Shown piece after piece: positions 45,099 through 54,507 of a stretch of 56,171 bases of DNA (position 1 is its first letter; the number at the start of each line of letters is the position of its first letter). The stretch comes from an uncultured Staphylococcaceae bacterium. Its GTDB lineage: Bacteria; Bacillota_I; Bacilli_A; RFN20; CAG-826. The stretch spans positions 1 through 56,171 of the forward strand of contig CAYLSZ010000003.1 of assembly GCA_964386745.1 (NCBI GenBank). The letters are read 5' to 3'. The position numbers and the translations under genes were made by a program. Below the pieces are notes generated by a model. That model saw nothing but the letters and a program-made list of their open reading frames with translations, searched no databases and was not told the origin of the DNA.

Positions 45099-47233
45099 TA
45101 TAAACTACCTCCTTGTAAAGAAGTTTCACGATAAAGTTTTATCGTCTTTTCAATTTCATCAGGATCAAGTTGAGACTTAACAATATCTTGATAGACTGGG
45201 CAAGATTGAATAAGTTCGCTATGTTTTCCTTGACCAACTACCGTTCCTTGATTTAATACGATGATGTTATCAGCATCTAAAATTGAACTAACACGTTGAG
45301 CGACGACTATAACACTCGCACCAGTCGTATAGTCTTTTAAGGCTGCACGAAGTTTGGCGTCAGTTTTAAAGTCAAGAGCGCTAAAACTATCATCGAAGAT
45401 ATAGATTTCTGCATCTTTGACTAAAGCTCTAGCAATGCATAGACGTTGTTTTTGACCACCTGAGAAGTTTTTGCCGTTTTGAGAAACAAAACTATCAAGA
45501 CCTTCAGGAAGTTTTGAAACAAAGTGCGTAGCTTGAGCAACATTTAAGGCTTTATTGATTTCTTCATCAGTAGCCCCTTTTTTACCAAATTGCATATTTG
45601 ATCTAATAGTACCTTTGAAGAGTAATGCAGTTTGAGGAACGAAGCCTAAATGTTCTCTAACGACATCGCTTGGTAAGTCCTTAATATTTATACCATCGAG
45701 AAGGATTTCGCCTTCATTTGCATCATAGAATTTAGGTATTAAATTGATGATAGTAGATTTACCACTACCAGTTGAACCAATAATAGCAGTCGTAGTTCCA
45801 GGTTTGGTCTTAAAAGAGATATTTTCTAGACATGGTTTATCGCTTCCTGGATAAGTAAACGATACGTTTTTAAATTCAATTACACCTTTTTCTTTGGCTT
45901 CACTTAACTTATTTATAGCGACCTCTTTAATCGATTCGTTATTTTGTAAAGCAGTATTTTGAGCGACTAATTCTTTATATTTTAATCTAATCTTTTTGCG
46001 CTCTTGGTGATACTTTTGATGTATCTTTTCGTACTCAGAAATATAATTTTTTAGTGGAGATCTGCGGGCTTTTTCTTCAGAAAGTTGAGAAAAATTGAAT
46101 TTTATAAGCTCATAATTGAAGGCTGCTTTATACTCTTTTTCATATTTTTTATAAAGTGGTTCTAAAGCCTTTTTCTCTTTGCCGTATAAGTCATCGATGA
46201 GATTTTTATATTGCTCATAATGTTCATTGAAAGATAAACTTCCTTCCTCATCTTTATTGCTATCGATGTCTAAGACTTCATTGACACGTTTAGCACTAGC
46301 CATAGCTTGAGGCATCATAATAAAGATCATTGCAAACATGACGAATGAAGACATGATTTGCATACTATATTGAGCAACGACTGAGATATTTTCAATTTGA
46401 TTTGAAACGCTTGTAATTAAGCTAGCAAGTTCACCACTTACGCCGTTAATAATATAAAAACCTAAAGCGTAGATCGCGATAAAACAAAGGTTAAATACGA
46501 CGGTAACAAATGGGCTAGCAATAGACATATATCTATTAACTCTAATGTTGACGTCGGTTAAATCTTTATTAGCTTTAGCAAATTTCTTGGATTCGGTTTC
46601 TTCTTGATCGTATGCACGGATAACACGGATACCAGTAAGATTTTCTCTCATAACGACCGTGACGTTATCGATCTTTTCTTGAACTTTCTTAAATAGTGGC
46701 GAAGCTACATAAAGTAAGATAATCATCGCGATTAAGATAAGCGGTAAAGCGATGCACATGACGATTAATAAGTCGATTTGGACCATCGCAGTCTTAATAA
46801 TAGCGATAATCATCATGGTTGGGGACATGATTAATGTTCTAACTGCCATTAAGACAAAGTTTTTAATTTGCTCGATATCGTTAGTGGTACGAGTAATTAA
46901 AGTAGCCGTACCGAAGTTATTATATTCAGTATAGGATAAGGAATTTACCTTACTAAACATCGTTTCTCTTAGTTTTTCACCAACATAAGCTGAAATAGTA
47001 CTAGCGCTATAAAATTGAACGACGGCTAGACATATAACTCCTACGGAAATTAAGAGCATATATCCACCTTGAATCAATATTTCTTGCGTAGTTCCGTTAG
47101 TGGTAACTAAGGTTTGAATGGTGCCCATATATTCAGGCAACATGAGTTGTAAATAACATTGGCCTATAATTGCAGCGGCTGCTAAAAGCAAAAAGTACCG
47201 CTTGTGCCAAACAAATTTTAGTAATTTAAGCAT
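45098..47233 (-). CDS. ABC exporter, fused permease/ATPase (heterodimer partner 1) with ~120-aa linker insertion
   Basis: TMD, then a K/E/Y-rich insert, then an NBD (GSTGSGKST, FSGGQKQRL, IFDDSFSALD). Stop/start overlap TAATG with the downstream partner. Confidence 0.9.
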   Translation of the reverse strand: MLKLLKFVWHKRYFLLLAAAAIIGQCYLQLMLPEYMGTIQTLVTTNGTTQEILIQGGYMLLISVGVICLAVVQFYSASTISAYVGEKLRETMFSKVNSLSYTEYNNFGTATLITRTTNDIEQIKNFVLMAVRTLIMSPTMMIIAIIKTAMVQIDLLIVMCIALPLILIAMIILLYVASPLFKKVQEKIDNVTVVMRENLTGIRVIRAYDQEETESKKFAKANKDLTDVNIRVNRYMSIASPFVTVVFNLCFIAIYALGFYIINGVSGELASLITSVSNQIENISVVAQYSMQIMSSFVMFAMIFIMMPQAMASAKRVNEVLDIDSNKDEEGSLSFNEHYEQYKNLIDDLYGKEKKALEPLYKKYEKEYKAAFNYELIKFNFSQLSEEKARRSPLKNYISEYEKIHQKYHQERKKIRLKYKELVAQNTALQNNESIKEVAINKLSEAKEKGVIEFKNVSFTYPGSDKPCLENISFKTKPGTTTAIIGSTGSGKSTIINLIPKFYDANEGEILLDGINIKDLPSDVVREHLGFVPQTALLFKGTIRSNMQFGKKGATDEEINKALNVAQATHFVSKLPEGLDSFVSQNGKNFSGGQKQRLCIARALVKDAEIYIFDDSFSALDFKTDAKLRAALKDYTTGASVIVVAQRVSSILDADNIIVLNQGTVVGQGKHSELIQSCPVYQDIVKSQLDPDEIEKTIKLYRETSLQGGSL
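46045..46080 (-). repeat. dispersed repeat, copy O (reverse, core CTGCGG), inside the ABC linker insert
   Basis: AATTTTTTAGTGGAGATCTGCGGGCTTTTTCTTCAG. In gene sense it encodes EEKARRSPLKNY. Confidence 0.65.
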
Positions 47234-47235
47234 AA

Positions 47236-47826
47236 TTATTTCGTCTTTTTAAGGAAGATTTGCATTACTGCGTCGACTGATGGAATACCATATATGTCGG
47301 CTTTTTTGATTTTACAAGTTGCAATACCTTGTAATGTTGAAATGTAGGTTAAAATTAAGTCGACATAGCTTAAAGAATCTTCAAAAATTCCCTCTTCTTG
47401 GTCTTTTTTAACTAAATCGATGACTTTTGCAAAGATTTTACTAACCTCTTGTTTCTCTTTTAATTCTTGATAGTTACAGAAAAGTAAGAAATTGAGAATA
47501 TAGAGTTTGGTGATATCGTTTTGAATGATATCTAAAACAAATTCGGTGAGTTGTCTAAAAAAGCTATAAGCCGTATGGTTTTCGATAGCCCATTTAGTTG
47601 CATCTTCAACAAACATCGATTTAGACATTTCTCTAATCGCATCGATTAATTCGTTTTTATCCTTAAAATAGTGATAAAAAAGGCCATGAGAAATGCCAAG
47701 TTCTTTAGCGATATGATCGATTTTTACTTTTTCGACCCCATTTTCATAAAAAAGGCGCAAAGCGGTGTCTATTATGGCTTGTCGTCTTTTGTCTTTAATT
47801 AAATTTGCGCGTTCTTGTCTATTCAT
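47236..47826 (-). CDS. TetR/AcrR-family transcriptional regulator
   Basis: IIDTALRLFYENGVEKVKIDHIAKELGISHGLFYHYFKDK HTH. First gene of the ABC operon. Confidence 0.88.
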   Translation of the reverse strand: MNRQERANLIKDKRRQAIIDTALRLFYENGVEKVKIDHIAKELGISHGLFYHYFKDKNELIDAIREMSKSMFVEDATKWAIENHTAYSFFRQLTEFVLDIIQNDITKLYILNFLLFCNYQELKEKQEVSKIFAKVIDLVKKDQEEGIFEDSLSYVDLILTYISTLQGIATCKIKKADIYGIPSVDAVMQIFLKKTK

Positions 47827-47846
47827 ATTTTCACCTCGTGAAAATA

Positions 47847-47875
47847 AATATAGTTGTAATTGACAACATTGTCAA
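47847..47875 (-). promoter_or_regulatory. consensus promoter overlapped by a perfect palindromic operator
   Basis: The minus strand reads TTGACA-17 nt-TATATT, then GAGGTG RBS and ATG. The palindrome TTGACAA-CA-TTGTCAA (47860-47875) covers the -35. Confidence 0.65.
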
Positions 47876-47911
47876 TAAAAAAAATTAAAAAAATAAAAGG
47901 TGATTTTTAGA

Positions 47912-48859
47912 CTATTCTTGCTCTTCGATTGGCTTTCTATTTGATTTAAAAAATACGAGCATTGCAAGGATAGTTGTAGCTAATAAAATCACGATACCAA
48001 GGGTAAAATCCCAAATATAATCGTAGGTATTATTGTCCCAATCTATGTATAAATTTTGTGTAATTGGATTAAAGAATATGACAAAAATTGAACCTATTGA
48101 AAAGCCTAAAGTTGCGTAATTAAAATATCCGCGATATTTATTAATTAAGGTATAGATGATTCGTGCAAAGCAATAAATTCCAAGTAAATATCCAATGACT
48201 AGACAAACTAGCAAAAGAATAATCATTGGTTGAGCTGAAATTGCATCAAAACTAAGCAAATTGATTATATTTTCATAGTAGTTAATAAGAGTTAAACTTA
48301 GTGAAGCGCTTAATCCAGGGATGATGCTAAATAAAGCCATGAAAAATCCGATTAATACGAATAATGGATAGGTAACTCCTGCGATTTCATCGGTTGAAAA
48401 CGAAGAATCTCCATAATAATAAATAGCCACCAAACTGATTATAACAGGTATAGCAATCGCAACTATTAATATAATAATCTTCGATATATTAATCTTTTCT
48501 TCCTTCGCCCCTTTTATAAAAGCAGGCATCGATCCGATAACGCTGCCCCCAAAGAAACAAATTAATGAAAATGGGAATACATCGATAATATATTGATAAG
48601 TTACTAATCCTAAAAATGCTCCAACTAATAACCCTATTAATATAGGAAGGAAAAAGAGGAGTGATTTACCAAAAGATTTTAAAAATCCATTGAGTTCACT
48701 GACTGTTTTTTTATATCTATTCGTTAAAACTAAAAAAGTCGAAGCGCTGACGCCAGGAATAAGGCTAGATAGGCTCATATAGATACCAATAATTACTTCT
48801 TTGAAGTAATTCCAAATGCCATTTTCCTTAGTTTCAGTCGTTCTTTCTTTAATTTCCAT
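47912..48859 (-). CDS. DUF368-family polytopic membrane protein
   Basis: Duplicated LIPGVSAS / IIPGLSAS motifs and about 8 TM helices, typical of DUF368. Confidence 0.7.
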   Translation of the reverse strand: MEIKERTTETKENGIWNYFKEVIIGIYMSLSSLIPGVSASTFLVLTNRYKKTVSELNGFLKSFGKSLLFFLPILIGLLVGAFLGLVTYQYIIDVFPFSLICFFGGSVIGSMPAFIKGAKEEKINISKIIILIVAIAIPVIISLVAIYYYGDSSFSTDEIAGVTYPLFVLIGFFMALFSIIPGLSASLSLTLINYYENIINLLSFDAISAQPMIILLLVCLVIGYLLGIYCFARIIYTLINKYRGYFNYATLGFSIGSIFVIFFNPITQNLYIDWDNNTYDYIWDFTLGIVILLATTILAMLVFFKSNRKPIEEQE

Positions 48860-48900
48860 AGTTTAATTATTATAATCTATGCGAGGTTAAGAATAAAGTT

Positions 48901-49476
48901 ATGTCCGATTTATATTTATTAGTTGGTTTAGGTAATCCTGGTAAAAAATATGAGCACACTCGTCACAATATGGGCTTTGATGCGATAGATCTTTTTGCTG
49001 ATTCTTTAGGTATAGATATCGATAAAGAAGGGTTCCGTGGACTATACATAAAATGTAAATATAAAGATAAAGATTTGATCCTTTTAAAACCACAAACCTT
49101 TATGAATAATAGTGGATTTTCAGTTAGCGATGTAGTCAACTATTTTAAAATTGATAAACAAAATCTTTTGGTTATCTATGACGATATGGATTTTGAGCCT
49201 GGAATAATTAGATTAAAAGAAAGAGGTTCAGCAGGTGGACATAATGGAATGAAATCTATTATTGAACAACTTGGGACTGATGATTTTAAAAGACTAAGAA
49301 TTGGTATAGGTAGAAGTAAATATAACGAAGTAGATCACGTATTAAGTAAACCAAGTAAAGAGGAACAAGAACTTATAGACAAAGCTTTTAAAAGAGCAGT
49401 CGAAGCTATAAAAGTGTATTTAGGCGAATCGTATAATAAAGCTATGTCTATTTATAATAATGATGAAGTTATTTAA
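48901..49476 (+). CDS. pth: peptidyl-tRNA hydrolase
   Basis: LLVGLGNPGKKYEHTRHNMGF, DDMDF, GGHNGMKSI. Confidence 0.95.
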   Translation: MSDLYLLVGLGNPGKKYEHTRHNMGFDAIDLFADSLGIDIDKEGFRGLYIKCKYKDKDLILLKPQTFMNNSGFSVSDVVNYFKIDKQNLLVIYDDMDFEPGIIRLKERGSAGGHNGMKSIIEQLGTDDFKRLRIGIGRSKYNEVDHVLSKPSKEEQELIDKAFKRAVEAIKVYLGESYNKAMSIYNNDEVI

Positions 49477-52400
49477 CGTACTAAATTACCCTTTAGATAA
49501 GATAAATCTTTCTAATAAACAAAATGTAGATTATGTTGTGGACCATTTCATTGGTTCAGTTTTTCTTTCGTATAAATTATTTAAAAATACTACTGAAAAT
49601 ATATTAATATTGACGTCAACGCAAAGTGAAACAAGTCAGATTTATAATGGCCTTTTATCAATATTAAATGAGGACGATTTGATAGTTGTTCCAACTGATG
49701 AATTAATTCGTGTTGAGTATATTTCACAGAGCAAAGAGATGCTTGCTGAGCAAATTTCTGCGATATATAAACTTACTCAAGCAAAGCATAAAATTGTTAT
49801 CGCATCAATCCAAGCGGTCTATAAATTTTACCCTTCAAAGAACCTATTTTTATCATCTGTAATTAAGCTAAAAGTAGGTGAAGAAATATCAATTCAAGAA
49901 CTTAAAACTAAACTATCAAGATTAGGTTATTTCAAGACTAATAAGGTTGATCAATCTATGTCTTTTGCCTATAGAGGCGACATTGTTGATATCTATTCTT
50001 TGAACTATCCAAAACCAATTCGAATTGAATTTTTTGGAGACGAAATTGAGTCGATTCGTGAGTTTGAAATCGAGACTCAAACATCAATCAAAAAGGATAT
50101 TAAAGAGATCGAAATCCTTCCAGCATCATTAAATCTATTAACAGATGACGAGTTAAAAAACGCTGAAGCAAAGATTTTAAATCAATATAAATTGGATGTA
50201 GAAAACGATAAAAGTGATGAGTATAAAGAAAAACTTTTTGGTAACTTAAACGACGATATTGAGCGAATTAAAGAGCATGACTTCTCTAATAAATTTTATA
50301 AATTTATGGGGTTTCTGCAGGGTTTTCATTTCAATTTAGCGGATTTTTTAGATTCTTACATTGTTATTAATATTAACGAAAAGAAGTTTAATGACATGAA
50401 AGAAGCCATCCAAAAAGAGGCCAACAATTTCTTAATGGAGCTTCATAAAAACGCTAAAACAATTTCACATTTAGAATACTTCAACATGAAATCGAGCGTG
50501 TACTCTAAAGCTAAGCAAAATTATTTTTTGAATGAAATTTATGATGATTCAAATGTTGAAGCCATTGATATTAAAACTCCAACGGTTGTTTCTACGAACC
50601 AATCTTCATCAACAAATATTTTCAGTTCTTATATAAATTTAGGATACAAAGTTGTAGCGGTTTTTCACGATCCAATTCACTACAAAAAGGCAGTCGAATT
50701 ATTAAAAGTTTTAGGATTATTTTATAAAGAAATCAGTGGTTTAGACATTGATAATTTTGAAGACGTTTATGACGTTTTTTTATTACATGAATCGTTCGAT
50801 ATTGGATACGAATTACCTTTAGAAAAAATCGTTGTTTTAACCGAAAAAGAGATCTATGGAACTCATCGACATGGCTCTACTTTTAAGAAAGTTTTTAAGG
50901 AAGGAAGAGTAATTGGAAGCTACGAAGAGCTATCGGCCGGTGACTATGTAGTTCATGAAAATTATGGCATAGGAAAGTATGTTGGAATTGTTACACTTGA
51001 CGTCAACGGAACAACTTCAGACTATATGAAAGTTGAGTATGCTGGAAGCGATACTTTATATGTTCCTCTTTATCAATTTAATCTTATTCGTAAGTATGTA
51101 AGTCGCGAAGGAAGAGTCCCTACAATCCATAAATTAAATACTAATCAATGGGAAAAAACCAAGAAACGAATTAGAGAAAGAGTTAATGAATTAGCCGACC
51201 GTTTACTTGTTCTTTATCAAGAAAGACAAAAGGTTCAAGGCATATCTTTTACAATTGAAGACGACTTACAAAAGAACTTTGAAAATGAATTTCCGTATGA
51301 ATTAACTCTTGATCAAGAAAATTCGCTTGCTGAAATTAAAAAAGATATGGAGTCAGAAACTCCTATGGACCGACTTCTTTGCGGAGATGTAGGTTTTGGC
51401 AAAACTGAAATAGCCTTTAGGGCCGCCTTTAAAGCGCTTAATAATGGTTATCAAGTGGCTTTGGTTTGCCCAACTACTTTATTAGCACGACAACATTATG
51501 ATGTGGCGACTGAAAGATTTAAAAATTATGATTTTGGGATTGGAATCTTAAGTCGATTACAAAAACAAAGCGATAACAAAATGACTAGAGAAAAGATTAA
51601 AAGTGGAGAAATTAATTTTTTAATTGGAACTCACGCCGTTTTAAGTAAATGGGTTGAGTTCAAAAATCTAGGTCTATTAATTATCGATGAGGAGCAACGT
51701 TTTGGCGTTGAACAAAAAGAACGAATTAAAGAAAAATTTACAAATATTGATGTCTTAACAATCAGCGCAACTCCAATTCCTAGAACATTACAATCTACTC
51801 TTATCGGATTAAAGACTACTTCTAATATCAATACGCCTCCTAAAGAAAGAATGCCTATACAAACATATGTAATTCCTTTTAAATTAGATGTTGTTAAGGA
51901 ACTCATAAATCGTGAAATTTCTCGATCTGGTCAGGTTTTTTATGTTTATAACAAGGTTGCTACTATATATGAAAGAGCACAATCTTTACAAGCGATGCTA
52001 CCAGGCGTTAAGTTTGCAGTAGTCCACGCAAAAATGGAAAAAGAAGAGATTGAAAACACGATGCTATCGTTCTATTTAGGTGAAATTGATGTATTAGTTA
52101 CTACTACAATCGTTGAAAATGGCATTGATGTTAGAAATGCTAATCTTTTATTAGTTGAAGATGCTGATAGATTTGGATTATCGCAACTTTATCAAATAAA
52201 AGGACGTGTTGGTCGTGGCGATAAGCTCGCTTTTGCGTATTTAATGGTGAATTACGATAAAGGAATTCGCGAAGAAGCTACTAAAAGGCTTAGAGCCATT
52301 CAAGAATTCACCGAACTTGGTAGCGGATATAAAATATCTCAACGCGATTTATTAATTAGAGGTGCTGGTGACATTTTGGGTCCTGAACAAGCTGGATTTA

Positions 52401-52966
52401 TCGATTCAATTGGTATCGATATGTATATTAAAATCCTTAATGAAGCTGTTGAGCGCAAGAAAAACCGTAGCGAAGCCATTTATAACAAAGAAAAACCATT
52501 TGAACTTACAATTGACGCTTTTATTCCTAAAGAATTTGCGACCGATGAAGATAAAATTGAGTTATATCAAAAGATTATTGGTTGTAAAACTATCGAGGAA
52601 CTAAATAATCTTGTCTTTCAAGTCGAAGACATGTTTGGAAGTTTTCCTGAAGAAGCTTGGAATATATTCACAAAGAAAGAAATTCAAATATATTTAAGTT
52701 ATGATTGCTTCGATGGTCTTAAGCAATATGAAAATAACTATCAATTATTCTTAAGCGATAAATTTTCTGAAATTGAAGGTATCGGAACTGAACTATTTAC
52801 TAGCCTTATCCCATACATCAAATATATTTCAATGAAATACGAAGATAAGAAGATTAAAATAGTTGTTAATAAGGTTGGTAAATACGTTGAAACCTTAATT
52901 GAAATTATGAAGATTGTTGTTAAATTATTTAATATAAGTATAGAAAAGCAAAATGAGACTCGATAA
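49460..52966 (+). CDS. mfd: transcription-repair coupling factor
   Basis: 1168 aa. CarD/RID domain (GDYVVHENYGIGKY), SF2 helicase motifs (GDVGFGKTE, DEEQRFG, SATPIPRT, QIKGRVGRG), TRG region. Confidence 0.96.
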   Translation: MMKLFNVLNYPLDKINLSNKQNVDYVVDHFIGSVFLSYKLFKNTTENILILTSTQSETSQIYNGLLSILNEDDLIVVPTDELIRVEYISQSKEMLAEQISAIYKLTQAKHKIVIASIQAVYKFYPSKNLFLSSVIKLKVGEEISIQELKTKLSRLGYFKTNKVDQSMSFAYRGDIVDIYSLNYPKPIRIEFFGDEIESIREFEIETQTSIKKDIKEIEILPASLNLLTDDELKNAEAKILNQYKLDVENDKSDEYKEKLFGNLNDDIERIKEHDFSNKFYKFMGFLQGFHFNLADFLDSYIVININEKKFNDMKEAIQKEANNFLMELHKNAKTISHLEYFNMKSSVYSKAKQNYFLNEIYDDSNVEAIDIKTPTVVSTNQSSSTNIFSSYINLGYKVVAVFHDPIHYKKAVELLKVLGLFYKEISGLDIDNFEDVYDVFLLHESFDIGYELPLEKIVVLTEKEIYGTHRHGSTFKKVFKEGRVIGSYEELSAGDYVVHENYGIGKYVGIVTLDVNGTTSDYMKVEYAGSDTLYVPLYQFNLIRKYVSREGRVPTIHKLNTNQWEKTKKRIRERVNELADRLLVLYQERQKVQGISFTIEDDLQKNFENEFPYELTLDQENSLAEIKKDMESETPMDRLLCGDVGFGKTEIAFRAAFKALNNGYQVALVCPTTLLARQHYDVATERFKNYDFGIGILSRLQKQSDNKMTREKIKSGEINFLIGTHAVLSKWVEFKNLGLLIIDEEQRFGVEQKERIKEKFTNIDVLTISATPIPRTLQSTLIGLKTTSNINTPPKERMPIQTYVIPFKLDVVKELINREISRSGQVFYVYNKVATIYERAQSLQAMLPGVKFAVVHAKMEKEEIENTMLSFYLGEIDVLVTTTIVENGIDVRNANLLLVEDADRFGLSQLYQIKGRVGRGDKLAFAYLMVNYDKGIREEATKRLRAIQEFTELGSGYKISQRDLLIRGAGDILGPEQAGFIDSIGIDMYIKILNEAVERKKNRSEAIYNKEKPFELTIDAFIPKEFATDEDKIELYQKIIGCKTIEELNNLVFQVEDMFGSFPEEAWNIFTKKEIQIYLSYDCFDGLKQYENNYQLFLSDKFSEIEGIGTELFTSLIPYIKYISMKYEDKKIKIVVNKVGKYVETLIEIMKIVVKLFNISIEKQNETR
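50298..50349 (-). repeat. dispersed ~50-bp repeat, copy P (reverse), inside mfd
   Basis: ATAAATTTATGGGGTTTCTGCAGGGTTTTCATTTCAATTTAGCGGATTTTTT. CTGCAG at 50315-50320. Translated as KFMGFLQGFHF, the third frame. Confidence 0.7.
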
Positions 52967-53231
52967 ATATTTAAAGTTAACTAGATTAATTAAACGTAGA
53001 AGCGTTGCAAACGAACTCTCTAGTAGAGGGGTCTTTTTAGTTAACGGAAAGGTAGCAAAACCATCCACTTCGATTAAAGTTGGGGACATAATTGATCTAA
53101 CTTTAGGTAGGCATAAATTAAAGGTTCGAGTAAAAGAAATTTTAGAATTTGTAAAGAAAGAACAAGCCAGTTCTTTATACGATATTTTAGAAGATACAAT
53201 TGTCAATGAAATTGAGTTTGGACAAGAATAA
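52953..53231 (+). CDS. rqcP: S4-domain protein RqcP/YabO (Hsp15-like)
   Basis: MRLDKYLKLTRLIKRRSVANEL...NGKVAKPSTSIKVGD closely matches B. subtilis YabO. Confidence 0.85.
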   Translation: MRLDKYLKLTRLIKRRSVANELSSRGVFLVNGKVAKPSTSIKVGDIIDLTLGRHKLKVRVKEILEFVKKEQASSLYDILEDTIVNEIEFGQE

Positions 53232-54441
53232 AAAGTATATCTTAGGGTGTAGCAGCGGGCCTGATTCGATGGCTCTTTTTCATATGCTTTACACTCAAGG
53301 ATACGATTTTGTCGTTGTAAATGTTGATTATAATTATAGAGAAAATAGCAAAGAAGAAACCGATTTAGTTGAAGCTTATTGCAAAGAAAAAAACGTCCGT
53401 TTTTACACAAAAACCGTGCAGTTCTCCACTATTTTTGGAAATTTTGAAGCTTGGGCAAGAAAAATTCGCTACGAACTTTTTATGGAAATTGGACAAAAAA
53501 ATGGTGTCTTTAATATCGTCGTTGCGCATCAACAAGACGACCTTATTGAAACGTTTTTAATGCAAAAAGAAAGGGGTGGATTGGTCTCAATTTATGGTCT
53601 TGCTCGTTCATATAAAAGAAACAACTTTTTTGTCAATCGACCTTTATTAGACTACTCTAAAAAGGACTTAATTCAATACTGTCACGATAATAAAATCCCT
53701 TTCATTATTGACCCAACAAATGCGGACACAAATTATAAAAGAAACTATTATCGAGCCAATGTTATTAGAAATTTAACGCCTGAAAAACGACAAGAAATTC
53801 TTAGCGAAATCGCTAACTATAACGAAAAATTAGAGTCTAGTGTTAATAAAGTTCATGACATGATTATGAACGATTTATTGATTTCAAAAGACGATTTTTC
53901 AAGCCTTTCACCTATGGAAGGCGAAATTGCCTTAAGCCTTATTTTAAATGAACGGAATTTATTCTTCCCAATCAGTCAAGGACTTATTAAAGACATACAA
54001 TTCGCAATCCAAAAAGGTGCAAAGACGTATAAGGCAAAGCTTACAAACGACCTCTACTTCACCTTTGATCACGAATATATCGGTTTAGTAAATAAGACTA
54101 TCAATTACGAAATTCCTATCGATGAAAACTTCAAAAATAATGAAATTTTCAAAATAAATTTAGATAGTGAAAGAGCCAAAAATCTCGTTAATCTTAAAAA
54201 TTTAGTTATTAAACCAGCAATAATTGCTACTTCATATAAAATAGGCGACGCAGCTAAAAAAATAAATCGTATATTTATCGATTTTAAGTTGCCACAAGCC
54301 TATCGACCACTTTGGCCAGGAATATTTGATGAAAATAATAATCTCTTATATATGCCTCGCTATCGAAAGGATTATTGTATCAATAAAGAAAGTGTTCTCG
54401 TTTTCGATATATTTAATTTGATTAAATATGTAGAAAAATAG
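53200..54441 (+). CDS. tilS: tRNA(Ile)-lysidine synthase
   Basis: PP-loop GCSSGPDSMAL and HQQDDLIETFLM. 413 aa. Confidence 0.9.
   Translation: MSMKLSLDKNKKYILGCSSGPDSMALFHMLYTQGYDFVVVNVDYNYRENSKEETDLVEAYCKEKNVRFYTKTVQFSTIFGNFEAWARKIRYELFMEIGQKNGVFNIVVAHQQDDLIETFLMQKERGGLVSIYGLARSYKRNNFFVNRPLLDYSKKDLIQYCHDNKIPFIIDPTNADTNYKRNYYRANVIRNLTPEKRQEILSEIANYNEKLESSVNKVHDMIMNDLLISKDDFSSLSPMEGEIALSLILNERNLFFPISQGLIKDIQFAIQKGAKTYKAKLTNDLYFTFDHEYIGLVNKTINYEIPIDENFKNNEIFKINLDSERAKNLVNLKNLVIKPAIIATSYKIGDAAKKINRIFIDFKLPQAYRPLWPGIFDENNNLLYMPRYRKDYCINKESVLVFDIFNLIKYVEK
53386..53436 (+). repeat. dispersed ~50-bp repeat, copy Q (forward, core GTGCAG), inside tilS
   Basis: GAAAAAAACGTCCGTTTTTACACAAAAACCGTGCAGTTCTCCACTATTTTT. 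Translated as KEKNVRFYTKTVQFSTIF. Confidence 0.75.
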
Positions 54442-54507
54442 AGCGTTATATTATAAAATTATCGCACATTGCTTTATGAAATAAAGCATCATACCAAGGA
54501 GGGGTAA

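Noticed and set aside
2557-53436. Dispersed repeat as a polar chromosome-organising motif (Chi, KOPS/SRS, parS, dif, NBS).
   Set aside because: Orientation is mixed on both replichores: roughly equal forward and reverse copies left and right of oriC. The sequence does not resemble the known consensus of any of these sites.
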